This document shows, piece by piece, positions 31,201 to 41,484 of a DNA stretch of 64,000 nt. Below the pieces are notes generated by a model. That model was not told where the DNA came from. It saw only the letters and a list, made by a program, of their open reading frames with translations, and made no database searches. The stretch comes from an uncultured virus (IMG/VR IMGVR_UViG_3300032301_000717) (lineage: Duplodnaviria > Heunggongvirae > Uroviricota > Caudoviricetes). Location of the stretch: the IMG/VR virus record IMGVR_UViG_3300032301_000717; one strand, given 5' to 3'. The translations under genes and the position numbers were made by a program. The first letter of the stretch is position 1; every line of letters begins with the position of its first letter.

Positions 31201-32812
31201 TTTGTACGATGACGGAGTTGGGACTGCTCACATTCCTACTGTAGACGCAGAAGTTACTACTAAAAAATATGTTGACGATCAAGACGCTTTAAAAGAAGAC
31301 GTAGCTAATAAATCTACAGACGGTACACTTGCTAGTAATTCAAATACTCTCTACCCATCAGAACAAGCAGTTAAAACATACGTAGATAATCTATCCTTTA
31401 ATGTAAATCAAGTATACTTAGATACAAAAGAACCAACAGGATTTGTAAATAGAAATCATTCTACGATATCTTTTGATGATGCTAGTCGTACTTTTACAAT
31501 TCAACCGACGTCTGGATCGTTTGATGTTTACATCAGAGGTACAAAATACATTAAAATTGTAGCAGAAAATACGGTAATTTCTACTACAAATGGTAATCAT
31601 TATATTTACTATAATGCTAGTGGGGCTCTAACCAGCACTACAATTTTTACTTCCGATATTATTGAACAGTACGCTTTTGTAGCAATTGTATATTGGAACT
31701 CTGATACTGGAACTCACACTTACTTTGCGGAAGAAAGACATGGTATCACCATGGACGGGGTAACTCATTCATATCTCCATACCATTTTCGGTGCTAGATA
31801 CTTAACTGGTCTAGCGTTACAAGGCTTTACTGTAGACGGAGCTGGTAACTTAAATACAGAAGCACAATTTACTGCAGATGGCGGTAATATTAGAGATGAA
31901 GATATCCTTCATGAATTGCCACCACAAACGCAAATTCCTATCTATTATAGACAGGGACTTTTGTGGCGAAAGAAAACTGCCGACGCTTATCCTGTTATTT
32001 ACAGCGGTTCAGCCGGATATACGGGAGCAAACGGTAGGCTTCCTTTTAACGAATTTACAGGAGGGGCTTGGCAATTAACTGAAGTTCCATCTCTTGACTT
32101 TGTTTTAGTTCACTTGTTTGCCACTAATGATATAAATAATCCTATCGTAGGTATCCAAGGGATTGCTTCGTATCCAACAACCTCCTCTGCAAGAACTAAT
32201 GCAAACTTAGAAATATCTACTTTAACAGGTTTACCGTTTGCCGAGTTCGTTCCGATTGGTAGCGTTATTTTCCAAACAGCTACGGGCTATACAAATGCCA
32301 CCAAGTCTAGAGTTCGCTCTACTGACACTGGTGCGGACTATGTTGATTTTAGAGGGACACAGCTTTATACTCCAGCCGGAGAAGCTTCATCTCACGGTTT
32401 GTTATCCGGTTTAAGTAATGATGACCACGCACAATACCATACAGATGCTAGAGGGGATGCTAGGTATCAGTTAAAGTCAGCCGGAGATATATCTGAGACT
32501 AGTTTTTTATTAACTAATAATCAAGCAGTTGCAGCAAATATAACAGGATTAGCTTTTAACAATGCTGTTACTAGATCTTTTACAGCTTTGATATCAATAT
32601 ACATAAATGCAACATCTTCACTATACGAACAAATCACAATAGAAGGTATTCAGAAAGGTTCTAGCTGGGATATATCGGTTAGTAACGTAGGTGATAACTC
32701 AGGTATATCTTTTTCGATAACTAATGCCGGACAAATACAGTACACGAGTATTAACTATACGGGATTTGTATCAGGAGTAATTAAGTTTAGAGCAATTACT
32801 ACTAGCGTATAA
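28262..32812 (+). CDS. Large modular fibre protein
   Basis: 1516 aa; four GL(S/G)(N/D)VDNTSDxxKPIS repeats, two KV(D/A)KAGDTMTG motifs and DAAT/VTTKKYVD fibre motifs. Confidence 0.78.
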   Translation: MKSYDDIKLNIIVPVSSAGVLDVYDISDETKLRIIVENAGVLNTVIVSGRIIGQTGFTELKTVVGSSNTLVNISSYDHIKIECTVYESLNSSPIKVIAASFSNAGGSAIESIDVPSGDDLADVDKLIFSSSDGSVIITGNSTTNTVDFTVDPSVGAVTSVNTQTGDVVLTKSGLGLSDVDNTSDINKPISSATQTALNGKEPLITGGTTSQYWRGDKSWQTLDKSSVGLSNVDNTSDANKPISTATQTALNAKQNTSEKNQPNGYVGLNGSSKIDSSYLPSYVDDVLEFADLSSFPLIGDAGVIYLAQDTNKIYRWSGVSYIEVSQGITDHTLLNNIGTNTHADIDSHIASTANPHSVTAGQVGLGNVDNTSDLNKPISTATQNALDLITDVNWTGDYNNGTTYAVGDGVMFNGASFRMINFIGAAGYPPPAYPGNWLQVTDYVSPNDIGLGNVDNTSDLDKPISNDTQDALDLKVDKAGDTMTGPLNVTDLSKNVQFSVSGLNSTSTIEIRSDNQTLQPSGDVKLTTGDVQDSDYAGSIYLTGGENVDGNPANIILTAGQSVGTGANGSIILDSKNVVYLNQNATGSIDASSHRIQNVEDPQADQDAATRKWVDEMSAIDNVIFTSPTANAAIADGSLNRPYATIAAALTVAVNNNVIALLPGTYAEPTVVIPSSLSYFSIQGFSAINTIVLNGMSYIAPASNIDVSFQKINIGTLTLNASSAINGLVTLKQTVVEYNRQDTNNNVFSITTESTVTGGTIAGGNNNFSECLLTVSLDVNDGLVIFENTKFIANVEAYGTSLIRILDCELLGATEFVNGNTVLINSPSIEIDTASDALGNLTGNYTKILLANIPLTNITQSSATPGQIISWNGSAWVPTTASFSSAWGSITGTLSAQTDLQSALDDKVAKAGDTMTGTLDFDFSAGPITSTITIADDNIVIAYQDPSGPTDFTTDIIGGNVSTINNTTGANTSVDPGSIFLYDDGVGTAHIPTVDAEVTTKKYVDDQDALKEDVANKSTDGTLASNSNTLYPSEQAVKTYVDNLSFNVNQVYLDTKEPTGFVNRNHSTISFDDASRTFTIQPTSGSFDVYIRGTKYIKIVAENTVISTTNGNHYIYYNASGALTSTTIFTSDIIEQYAFVAIVYWNSDTGTHTYFAEERHGITMDGVTHSYLHTIFGARYLTGLALQGFTVDGAGNLNTEAQFTADGGNIRDEDILHELPPQTQIPIYYRQGLLWRKKTADAYPVIYSGSAGYTGANGRLPFNEFTGGAWQLTEVPSLDFVLVHLFATNDINNPIVGIQGIASYPTTSSARTNANLEISTLTGLPFAEFVPIGSVIFQTATGYTNATKSRVRSTDTGADYVDFRGTQLYTPAGEASSHGLLSGLSNDDHAQYHTDARGDARYQLKSAGDISETSFLLTNNQAVAANITGLAFNNAVTRSFTALISIYINATSSLYEQITIEGIQKGSSWDISVSNVGDNSGISFSITNAGQIQYTSINYTGFVSGVIKFRAITTSV

Positions 32813-32814
32813 CT

Positions 32815-33804
32815 ATGGAAAAAAACTATAAACCATCTACATTAGACTACACTAACGCCATAACGTCTTCTCATAATGAAGAAGCAAAAGCGTTGAATGT
32901 AATAGCCGTAAATAGTTTGGTTCCTGTTAGATTTGGAAAAGTAGAGCTAGAATATATCACGTCTGGAAATGGGGAAGGTGAAGTAGGAAAAGCTGATTAT
33001 TACTCTAATGGCGTATATCAAGAAACAAGAGTTGTTACTAGAGGGGACAAGCTAGGGACAGCACACAAAACAATTATAAATTTTATACAAAAAACTCCAG
33101 CTTCTTTAGACGGAAAATGCTTTGTTATATATGATGATATCGGTGCTGTAAAAGTTTGGTTCAATGTTGACTTCGGAAGCATAGAGCCTACTGTTCTTGG
33201 AACATATAGAAGCATCGCTGTTAATATACTATCGTCACATGATCACGAAACCATAGCAAACAGAACAGCTTTAGCTCTAGACACCGATTCTGAGTTTTTA
33301 GCTATTAGTAAATTATACTATGTTATAGCATCTAGTGTTTCGGTTGGGGTTAAGCAAGACTCCTATGATAAAGATACAGGAGCGTACATAAAAAATACAG
33401 CAGGAATCGAGCCTATAACGCTAAATAGCACTTACTGGTTTATTAATTCAGCAGCAAATGCAAATCAATATTATGTATGGTATAATGTAAATGGTAGCGG
33501 GATCGACCCTTTGATTTCTGGAAAATCTGGAATAACGGTAACAATATCAAGTGGTTCAACAGCAGAACAAGTAGCTATTGCTACTAAAACAGCTCTAGAC
33601 GGCACAGGGAAATTTCTAACAAATATAAGTAGCGACACCCTTGTAATTATTAATAAAATTATAGGAGTTACGGATCTTGCAAAAGAGAACAATACGGGGT
33701 TTTTAATCTTAGTTGAAAAGGCAGGAGAAAATAGAGAGCTTCTTGTTAGTTTGATTATGACATACGATGTAAATTGTAAAATTTTAGCAGTAGAGAGAAT
33801 ATAG
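32815..33804 (+). CDS. Virion structural protein with an internal duplicated domain
   Basis: Two copies of VW(F/Y)NV...GxxP...(I/V)Axx(T)xxALD. Confidence 0.65.
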   Translation: MEKNYKPSTLDYTNAITSSHNEEAKALNVIAVNSLVPVRFGKVELEYITSGNGEGEVGKADYYSNGVYQETRVVTRGDKLGTAHKTIINFIQKTPASLDGKCFVIYDDIGAVKVWFNVDFGSIEPTVLGTYRSIAVNILSSHDHETIANRTALALDTDSEFLAISKLYYVIASSVSVGVKQDSYDKDTGAYIKNTAGIEPITLNSTYWFINSAANANQYYVWYNVNGSGIDPLISGKSGITVTISSGSTAEQVAIATKTALDGTGKFLTNISSDTLVIINKIIGVTDLAKENNTGFLILVEKAGENRELLVSLIMTYDVNCKILAVERI

Positions 33805-34142
33805 TGGGAATTTTATTTAACCCAATTACAGCACAATTTGAAACAAACTCTTGCCAAGGTGGAGGCGGCTCTACTGGTAGTATTATAACAGGAACAGACG
33901 ACGGTACTTTAACGGGAACCCAATACGTTTTTGTTAATAATATTTTCAAGCAAATCTTATCAGCAGAAGATAGAGTAGAGCAATATACCTATGCAGATGC
34001 TGGAACTCGTAACGAAAGAATTACAATGATTGAATATAGTAGCGCAACTGTACATTCTGGAACCGTTGCAAAAAAAACAATTTCGTACACTTTAACAGGA
34101 AATTCGTATACAGTAACTAACATTACTCGAAGCTTAGTATAG
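33804..34142 (+). CDS. Small virion structural protein
   Basis: GTG start overlapping the upstream stop; FNPITAQF N-terminus and a Gly linker. Confidence 0.6.
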   Translation: MGILFNPITAQFETNSCQGGGGSTGSIITGTDDGTLTGTQYVFVNNIFKQILSAEDRVEQYTYADAGTRNERITMIEYSSATVHSGTVAKKTISYTLTGNSYTVTNITRSLV

Positions 34143-34151
34143 GAGAAATAA

Positions 34152-36488
34152 ATGAAATTATTAGATGCAAATCTTTTAACAAGCGTAGGAACATCCTACG
34201 ATCAGACAAGAACAACTTTAGCAGGAAGAGTCACACAAAGAACAATTGACTCTAAACCAGTTTTAGGTCCATCTCCAACTAGATTTCTTGACGTATTTAA
34301 CGACTCTACTATAGCTCCAATTACGACTATGTTTGCATCAGATAACGGTCGTATTTTTATGATTGGAGCAATTACTGGGGGTGCTATTCCAGTTATTCTA
34401 TACGAAATAAACCAAAGCACGGGAGTACATTCTTACGTTGGTCGTATCAATATCGCAGTTCCAGCATCTCCTGCAATAGTTCATACTATACGTTCTATTA
34501 AAGCTATTGATGCTGGTGTTTCTGGGTGGAAGATTTATATCATTGCCACAGGTACTATTTTACTTGGAGGATCTGGTGTTTTAATGGCTAATAATATAGC
34601 TAAAGCTGACTTTTCTCAAGTATCCCCCCCTACAATATCATTTGCAACAGGTAATAACCAAAAAGCAGTTTATCAACTCGGAAGACTTCCCAGCTTAACC
34701 TCTCGATCAATGACAATTACTTTGGGAACTCCTGTAAAATTCAACTTTGCCGGACACGGATTTTCTAATAACGATCAAGTTTACTTCACTTCTCAAGTAG
34801 GTGCAGCTTGGACGGTTTCAACTTTTGTGGCTAACACAAAGTATTTTGTAAGAAATGCTGGTCTTAATGATTTTGAATTGTCCGCTACATTTAACGGTGC
34901 TTCAATTGGTGCTGCGGCTGGTCCAACATCCGTTGTTCTTCAACCGTTAAATCAAGAGATAGATACCTTTGGAGCTATTATTGATGTTTCTGCAAATAGA
35001 TTATATACTCACGTTGGAACTGCAGCTAACCCTCAATATTTTATAAGAGATACTTCGATTGCTCCAACGTATTCAACACAAACAGCAAACATTACAATTG
35101 GTACTCCGGGGAAAATACAAATAGTCGGACACGGATTAACTGAAAATGAACCTGTTCAATTTTTAGCAGGATCACTTCCTGCCGCTTTTACTCTTAATAC
35201 AACATATTTTGTTAGAAATTTAACTGCAAATGATTTTGAATTAGCAACAACTCAAGGTGGTGCTTCGATTACAACAGCAACAGCAGCTACTGGCGTTACT
35301 GTTGGTAAAGCTTTTGGTTATACAGATTCTCAGTGGTTACACAAAACCAGTATTCTTCCCGCAATATCAGGAACTCTTCTTGCTACAACAGATGTTGATG
35401 CAATTGCAACTCCAGTAAATGCACCTCTAAATGGGGCAGTACTTAATGGGCAAAAATGTGCTTTTTTTGCAACGTCAAGTAACTTGTATTTGGGTAGATT
35501 GGATGAGTTAACATCAGAAGCTACTACATGGGCTTCTTTAACGACATCAAATATGCTAGGAGGGTTGAATCAAATCGTTGCTCCTGTTGTTGTTTCAGCT
35601 TCGTGGTCAGATGCTTTAGATCATGCTATTGTTCTACTTGGACAAGCAGCATCTAACGCATTTAGATTTATGCTAAAGAAAGTAGAAAATAATAAACTAA
35701 CTGCAATATTCGGAGATACTTGTGTCTCCTATTATGAAACAACTACCAGAGATGCTTACGAACTTAAAGTAGCTATTCCTTACTTAAACTTTAGCAATAA
35801 CTCTGGATGGTTATTTGCTATATCATCGGCTGTGGGACAGAGAGGTGTATTTGCGTCTGATGTACGCTCAGATACTTTATTTGACCATAGTTATATTGTT
35901 TCAAAAGTTGTAACACTTCCTCAAAATGCTATTTTAAAATCGGTGGATGTTAAGAGAGAGTTAATTACAACTGGAGGAGAGATTGACGTTGAGTATAGAT
36001 TAAGTGGATTTGGTTCTATTTCTGGTGGCTGGGTAGCTTTAGATGCAGATCAAGAACTTAATCTTGTAGCAGGGACTCAGATACAGTTTAAACTTGATTT
36101 TAGAACTCATTCTGCAGATAGAACAAGCCATGTACAAGTTTCAGATCTTTTTATTGGATACGATGCGCTAGAAGAACTTTCTGACAACTGGGAATACTCT
36201 TATGATGACTCTTCTACAGGATCTCCAACTAGAATTGGGTTCCGCTTAAAACAAGCTTATGCTGCAGCAATACCATCAACTTTAAGATTTCAAGCTTCAG
36301 ATCTCAGTGGAACTATTTTAGTAAATCAAACAATTACTTCTAACCCAAGTAATTTTGAATACTCTTCTGATGGTGGAACTACTTGGTTGGCTCTTGGTAC
36401 GATTCCTAATGTTATTGGAACTCTCGTAAGATACAACTTTACAAGTCCTCCGGGCGTAGATATTAGACCGAGCATAAAGGATAGTTAA
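34152..36488 (+). CDS. Virion structural protein with two FCCH-like beta-barrel repeats
   Basis: HG(F/L)xxN(D/E)xVxF...NTxYFVRNxxxNDFEL(S/A)xT occurs twice. Confidence 0.7.
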   Translation: MKLLDANLLTSVGTSYDQTRTTLAGRVTQRTIDSKPVLGPSPTRFLDVFNDSTIAPITTMFASDNGRIFMIGAITGGAIPVILYEINQSTGVHSYVGRINIAVPASPAIVHTIRSIKAIDAGVSGWKIYIIATGTILLGGSGVLMANNIAKADFSQVSPPTISFATGNNQKAVYQLGRLPSLTSRSMTITLGTPVKFNFAGHGFSNNDQVYFTSQVGAAWTVSTFVANTKYFVRNAGLNDFELSATFNGASIGAAAGPTSVVLQPLNQEIDTFGAIIDVSANRLYTHVGTAANPQYFIRDTSIAPTYSTQTANITIGTPGKIQIVGHGLTENEPVQFLAGSLPAAFTLNTTYFVRNLTANDFELATTQGGASITTATAATGVTVGKAFGYTDSQWLHKTSILPAISGTLLATTDVDAIATPVNAPLNGAVLNGQKCAFFATSSNLYLGRLDELTSEATTWASLTTSNMLGGLNQIVAPVVVSASWSDALDHAIVLLGQAASNAFRFMLKKVENNKLTAIFGDTCVSYYETTTRDAYELKVAIPYLNFSNNSGWLFAISSAVGQRGVFASDVRSDTLFDHSYIVSKVVTLPQNAILKSVDVKRELITTGGEIDVEYRLSGFGSISGGWVALDADQELNLVAGTQIQFKLDFRTHSADRTSHVQVSDLFIGYDALEELSDNWEYSYDDSSTGSPTRIGFRLKQAYAAAIPSTLRFQASDLSGTILVNQTITSNPSNFEYSSDGGTTWLALGTIPNVIGTLVRYNFTSPPGVDIRPSIKDS

Positions 36489-37576
36489 TGGCTAATTTAT
36501 TGTTTGCTGGGGGAACTGTCGTACAAGGCACAACCCTCGGTACAGCATTTGGTAATCAGCTTGTGACAGGAGGAGCAATTCAAGCTTCATCACAAGCCTG
36601 TGTAATAGATTTAGTCCCTCCAACATTCTCTGGGATTAATTTTTTAAGCATTGGTTCTTTAGGACAGTTACAGTTAGCTTGGGCTTCAGGTTCTGATATT
36701 TCAAATCCAATACGATATGAAGTATATATTAAACCTTTAACGTCAGTTGATTTGTTTAATACTAACAATATAGCTTTAGTAACTACTCAATTACAAGCGA
36801 ATATATTTTCTATAGCTGGCGGTTCTCTTTTGCAACCTGCTGTAAATTATTACGTTGGAGTTAGAGCCGTTGATGCTGTTGGAAACAGAGACAACAATAT
36901 TATTTCTTTAAACCAGACTTCTCCGGGAATTACTGGAGCGTTTAATGCTGTTATTAGTGGTATCTTTAATATAGATGATCAAAATCTATTGATTTCTACA
37001 TTTTGGGTAACAGATAGTGAGGGGGTTATAACCAACCCTGTTAGACTTGGAACAGCTTCTTATGTTATATATGATAAAAATGGTAGTTTAGTACCAAGTA
37101 TGGCAGAGTCGGGGATAGTTGCAGATAGTGAAGGATTTTTTGAAATAACTCCAATTACTTCTGTTTTAGATTTAGATAATAATTTCTATGCGGCTAAGGT
37201 TACGATTATTGTTGATGGGATGGCACTTTCTTATAACCTTCCAGTAGTGCATGCTGCGGTTGGTCATCAATATGAACCTAGAGCAGTATTCTCAATAAAC
37301 GCTGCTAATCAACTACAAGGAACATTGTGGATTACAAAAGATTCTGAGTTATATGTTGATACGATTGGAGTAGCAAGCTATACAATCTATGATAAAGATG
37401 GAAGTTCTATTGGTATTACTGAGTCTGGAATTTTACCAGACGCAAATGGATATTATAAAATTAGTTTAGTAAGCGCATCAGCAATTCTAGATTTAACTCA
37501 CTATATTGTAAAAATAACAATTTTAGCGGCAGGGGAAAACCGAATTGGGACTGTTGGAATAACTTTAGGTGAATAA
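36488..37576 (+). CDS. Virion protein with an FN3-like domain and two C-terminal repeats
   Basis: PPTFSGI...LAW...YEVY...YYVGVRAVDAVGN; GxASYxIYDKxGS...ESGI occurs twice. Confidence 0.7.
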   Translation: MANLLFAGGTVVQGTTLGTAFGNQLVTGGAIQASSQACVIDLVPPTFSGINFLSIGSLGQLQLAWASGSDISNPIRYEVYIKPLTSVDLFNTNNIALVTTQLQANIFSIAGGSLLQPAVNYYVGVRAVDAVGNRDNNIISLNQTSPGITGAFNAVISGIFNIDDQNLLISTFWVTDSEGVITNPVRLGTASYVIYDKNGSLVPSMAESGIVADSEGFFEITPITSVLDLDNNFYAAKVTIIVDGMALSYNLPVVHAAVGHQYEPRAVFSINAANQLQGTLWITKDSELYVDTIGVASYTIYDKDGSSIGITESGILPDANGYYKISLVSASAILDLTHYIVKITILAAGENRIGTVGITLGE

Positions 37577-38025
37577 TGTCTACTATATCGAATGATGCTA
37601 GACAAAGATTTAGACAAAAGTTACAAAGCATAGAATTTGCCGACGAGATAGTGGATGGTCTAAATCAATTTCTTAATAGATTTATTCTTATATCCAATCA
37701 GTTTTCATCAAATAATTGGAATACTGTACATACATATATTCCGGAAAATGATTCAGCTATAATGCTAACTTTTTCCATAATAGCGAAAGACTTAATAACT
37801 AATAAGTATGCAGGATTTAAAAGAACTGCTATTTTTTATAAAGAAAATAATGTTATTAGTGCTTTAAATTTACAACAGTCGGACTTTACCGACATGCAAC
37901 AAAGCGGCTTTAGTATTAGGTTTATGCCTAGTGGAAATTCCGTAGAGATGCAAGTAAAAGGAGCAACTAGTAATTTAACAAATTGGAAAGGCTCCATAGA
38001 AATAGAAAAATATATAGGAGAATAG
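37576..38025 (+). CDS. Virion structural protein (domain shared with the C-terminus of 38034-39833)
   Basis: RT...QSD(F/Y)T...SGxSVxxxVxG...WK pattern occurs in both proteins. Confidence 0.6.
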   Translation: MSTISNDARQRFRQKLQSIEFADEIVDGLNQFLNRFILISNQFSSNNWNTVHTYIPENDSAIMLTFSIIAKDLITNKYAGFKRTAIFYKENNVISALNLQQSDFTDMQQSGFSIRFMPSGNSVEMQVKGATSNLTNWKGSIEIEKYIGE

Positions 38026-38033
38026 GGGGAAAC

Positions 38034-39833
38034 ATGGCTAACATTACTGGTTTAATTACCATAAACGGAAAACAAGTTCTAGAAGTAGACTCTGATCCGA
38101 GTTCCGGGTTAGGTACTTCGGCATCGGTAGGATCTTTAGCATTATTAGAAGCAGCAGGTTCTGGTTCTTTGTATGTTAAAATGTCTGCAGCCGATACAGC
38201 GTGGCAGTTACTATCTACATCAACAGCAGAGGACGTACAGGATATTATTGGAGGTATGTTTACAAATACTTCTAATGTGTCTTTATCTTACGATGACGCT
38301 TTAAATCAAATTAGTGCAGATTTAATAGATACTACAGTATCGGCTGGTTCTTATGGAGTAGCGGATTCTGTTGCATCTTTTACAGTAGACTCTAAGGGTC
38401 GTATTACGGCTGCTTCAGATGTTGCAATTGAAATAGTAGCATCGCAAGTTTCTGACTTTTCTACTGCAGCAGATGCTCGAATTTCTCTTCAGAAAGGTGA
38501 AGCTAATGGAATTGTACCATTAAATTCTTCTTCTAAAATTGACGCAACATATCTTCCAAGTTTTGTAGATGATGTTGAAGAGTATGCTAACTTAGCTGCT
38601 TTCCCTGCTACAGGAGAGCAAAGTAAAATATACGTAGCTTTAGATACAAATAAAACATATCGCTGGTCAGGTTCCGTTTATATCCAAATTACATCAGGAG
38701 CAGTTGACACGGTTAATGGACAAACCGGAGTAGTTGTTCTTGATGCAACTAATATTGAATATGTTACTGACGGTATTTCAGTAGAGAGCAAGTTATCAGA
38801 GATCGACTTAGCTTTATCAACAGCAGAGTCTGCATTACAAAGTGAAATAGACGCTACTCAAGTTGGAGCTGGATTAGGTTCGGGCGGGGCATATACTGCT
38901 CCAGTAGGAACTAACTACTTAAGTGCTGCAACTTCTTTAAAAAATGCAGATGAATTACTTGATGATCAAATTAAGATTGTAGCTGATGATCTAGCTCAAG
39001 AATCAACTGAAAGACAAGGTGCTGATATATCCATCCAAACCGAATTAGATGCCACTCAAACTGGAGCAGGGCTCAATTCCAACGGAGGGTATACGGCTCC
39101 AGCAGCTACTAACTATCTATCTTCTGCTACATCTTTAAAGAACGCAGATGAGTTATTAGACGATCAAATTAAAACCGTAGCTGATGATCTCGCTCAAGAA
39201 GTTTTAGATAGACAAGCTGCTATTGCTGCAATAGACCACGGTTCAATTTTAGGACTGTCAGACGACGATCACGCTCAATATGCATTATTGGCAGGGAGAA
39301 GCGGAGGTCAGAGTTTAATAGGTGGTAATGCTGCCAATAATAATTTAACTTTAAGCTCTACTTCAAATGGAGCTAAAGGTAAGATTAATTTAGGAGCTAA
39401 TGCTGCGTTGGACGAAGCCACTACTAGATTGGGGGTAGGGTCAAATTCTCCAGAGTCTATTTTACATTTACAAGAAAATAACGTAAAATATAATATAAGT
39501 GCTCACAGTACTTCAACGTCAGGAGCTGTAAATGCTGTTATTGCATCTTTAGCGACAACAAACAATTCAGTTGAATTGATTAAAGTAAGTATTACTGGGA
39601 TAAAAACTAATGGTTCTAACGAGTCAGTTTCTTACGAAAGAACGCTTAGAGTTAAAAATAATTCAGGCACAGTGTCTATCCCAACAGTACAGTCAGACTA
39701 TACTTCAGAAGACGCTTCTTTGAGTGCAGCAAATGTAACTGCTATTATAAGCGGATCTTCAGTAGATATCAGAGTTACTGGAGTTGCTTCCTCTGATATT
39801 ACTTGGAAGGCAGTTGTAAATAGAATGAGATAA
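38034..39833 (+). CDS. Modular fibre protein
   Basis: Start moved to ATG 38034 (GGGGG RBS); 66-aa-period duplication DATQxGAGL...SLKNADELLDDQIK; shares modules with 28262-32812. Confidence 0.75.
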   Translation: MANITGLITINGKQVLEVDSDPSSGLGTSASVGSLALLEAAGSGSLYVKMSAADTAWQLLSTSTAEDVQDIIGGMFTNTSNVSLSYDDALNQISADLIDTTVSAGSYGVADSVASFTVDSKGRITAASDVAIEIVASQVSDFSTAADARISLQKGEANGIVPLNSSSKIDATYLPSFVDDVEEYANLAAFPATGEQSKIYVALDTNKTYRWSGSVYIQITSGAVDTVNGQTGVVVLDATNIEYVTDGISVESKLSEIDLALSTAESALQSEIDATQVGAGLGSGGAYTAPVGTNYLSAATSLKNADELLDDQIKIVADDLAQESTERQGADISIQTELDATQTGAGLNSNGGYTAPAATNYLSSATSLKNADELLDDQIKTVADDLAQEVLDRQAAIAAIDHGSILGLSDDDHAQYALLAGRSGGQSLIGGNAANNNLTLSSTSNGAKGKINLGANAALDEATTRLGVGSNSPESILHLQENNVKYNISAHSTSTSGAVNAVIASLATTNNSVELIKVSITGIKTNGSNESVSYERTLRVKNNSGTVSIPTVQSDYTSEDASLSAANVTAIISGSSVDIRVTGVASSDITWKAVVNRMR

Positions 39834-39835
39834 AA

Positions 39836-40453
39836 ATGGCAGTATTAGGTGCTATAACCGTAAATGAAATCGAAGTAATGGAAGTAGATGCATCCCCCAA
39901 AACATCAGGGGTAGATGCGTCTACTGGTTCTATTGCTGCTAATACGGACGGCTCTTTTCTTTATTTAAAAGACGGACAAGCTACTACGGATTGGGCAAGC
40001 ATAGGGACTGAATTTTTTTATTCCATTAGTGGAGCAAATCAAACAAAAAATACAGCAACATATTCTAATATAACTGAACTAACTAGTGAAATATTGCCAA
40101 TAGGAACTTATAATTTTAAATGTCATGCAATATGTCAATCAAGTGCGGCAACGGCTGGCGTTGGATTAAGAATAGGTGCTGGAACTGCAGCTTTAGGAAG
40201 TACTTTTGCAAAATGGAGTATAACTCAAGCAGCGAATGGTGTGGGAAGTAATTTTGAATACGATCAATTAAATTCTACAACAAACGTAAGTGCTACTGCA
40301 GCTTCGTCAGCAAACACTGATTTTTTAGCAATAGGAAGCGGTATTATAGTTTTAACTTCTAGTGGAACTATCGCTATACAAATAAGATCAGAAAATACTA
40401 CCACTGTTAGCATAAGAACTGGTTCTTGCTTATTTATAAAAAGGTTAGTGTAA
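39836..40453 (+). CDS. Short fibre/spike protein
   Basis: N-terminus similar to that of 38034-39833; C-terminal C1q-like beta domain. Confidence 0.65.
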   Translation: MAVLGAITVNEIEVMEVDASPKTSGVDASTGSIAANTDGSFLYLKDGQATTDWASIGTEFFYSISGANQTKNTATYSNITELTSEILPIGTYNFKCHAICQSSAATAGVGLRIGAGTAALGSTFAKWSITQAANGVGSNFEYDQLNSTTNVSATAASSANTDFLAIGSGIIVLTSSGTIAIQIRSENTTTVSIRTGSCLFIKRLV

Positions 40454-41001
40454 TGGCAACAAGACGTATAAAAATGTTTACGAATAATCATTATGCGCAA
40501 CCGCTTAAAATATGCTTTAAACATAAGATGTTGATAACACTAGGAGCATGTTATAATAATATTGTAACTAACTTAAAACACAAAGCTTGTCAAGATTCTG
40601 ATTTTAAAGTAAATGCTTGGATGAGATTCAATACTGATGCTTTTGATGGAAGTTTTCAAGTTCAGGCGTTTTTATCAAAAAATAACACAATTAAATCAAT
40701 AGGTTCTTGCACTTTTTCAGTATACGAAATAAACCCTAGTAACCTATGGCAAGAAACACTAAAAACTACTATAGCAGGAACACCTTTAGTTAATGGGTCT
40801 TTTAGTGGAATTGTTCCAGAAAGCGTTTTGCTTCCGACCATAGCCGATGGAGAAATGACGTATAAGCTACAAGTCGATATAACAAGACAAGACAAAACCT
40901 TTACAGACGTTTATTATTTCAACCATTTAGGAATTTATGATAGCGTTGTAAGATTACGTAAGAAAGTCAATTTCTTAGCTTTAACAAAGCTAGACGAATA
41001 A
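40453..41001 (+). CDS. Hypothetical protein in the virion module
   Basis: TAATG-coupled start at 40453. Confidence 0.6.
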   Translation: MATRRIKMFTNNHYAQPLKICFKHKMLITLGACYNNIVTNLKHKACQDSDFKVNAWMRFNTDAFDGSFQVQAFLSKNNTIKSIGSCTFSVYEINPSNLWQETLKTTIAGTPLVNGSFSGIVPESVLLPTIADGEMTYKLQVDITRQDKTFTDVYYFNHLGIYDSVVRLRKKVNFLALTKLDE

Positions 41002-41044
41002 ACAAATATATTTGGGGTAAGTACTTAAAACAAGGGGAAAAATT

Positions 41045-41482
41045 ATGATGGATGAATTTGTAAAACTACTGAAAAGTAAAGCTGAAGAGCAAAAAGGTAA
41101 GCCTAAAAAAGCTAGTGAAATGAAAGCTAAAGCTTCTATGGCTAAAGAGCTATCGTCAATGTTGGGAGATTCAATGTTGGACGATATGAAGGGTGGAATG
41201 AAAAAAGTCACCGTTGCTTCAAACGATGAAGAAGGTTTAAAGAAAGGTTTAGAAAAAGCTGAAGATATCCTAGAGAAAAAATCTATGGACGAATCAGAAT
41301 CTTCAGAAGAAGAATCTCTAGAAGAAATGCTCGGAGAAGAGGAAGAAGATAAAGAACCTAAGCATATGATGCACAGAGAAAGAATGGGAATGAAAGACGA
41401 TTTGGAAGAAGAGTCTATGTCCGATCTAAAGAAAGAAATTGAAATGCTAAAACAAGAGTTAGAAAATCTTAAAAAGAGATAA
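41045..41482 (+). CDS. Highly charged (E/K/M-rich) hypothetical protein
   Basis: AACAAATA motif (41001) and AGGGG RBS upstream. Confidence 0.65.
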   Translation: MMDEFVKLLKSKAEEQKGKPKKASEMKAKASMAKELSSMLGDSMLDDMKGGMKKVTVASNDEEGLKKGLEKAEDILEKKSMDESESSEEESLEEMLGEEEEDKEPKHMMHRERMGMKDDLEEESMSDLKKEIEMLKQELENLKKR

Positions 41483-41484
41483 CA

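Noticed and set aside
22560..39200. Duplicated segments in fibre genes as DGR TR/VR pairs or invertible cassettes
   Set aside because: Copies differ mainly at synonymous positions of all bases, lie in frame, and no RT or invertase is present.
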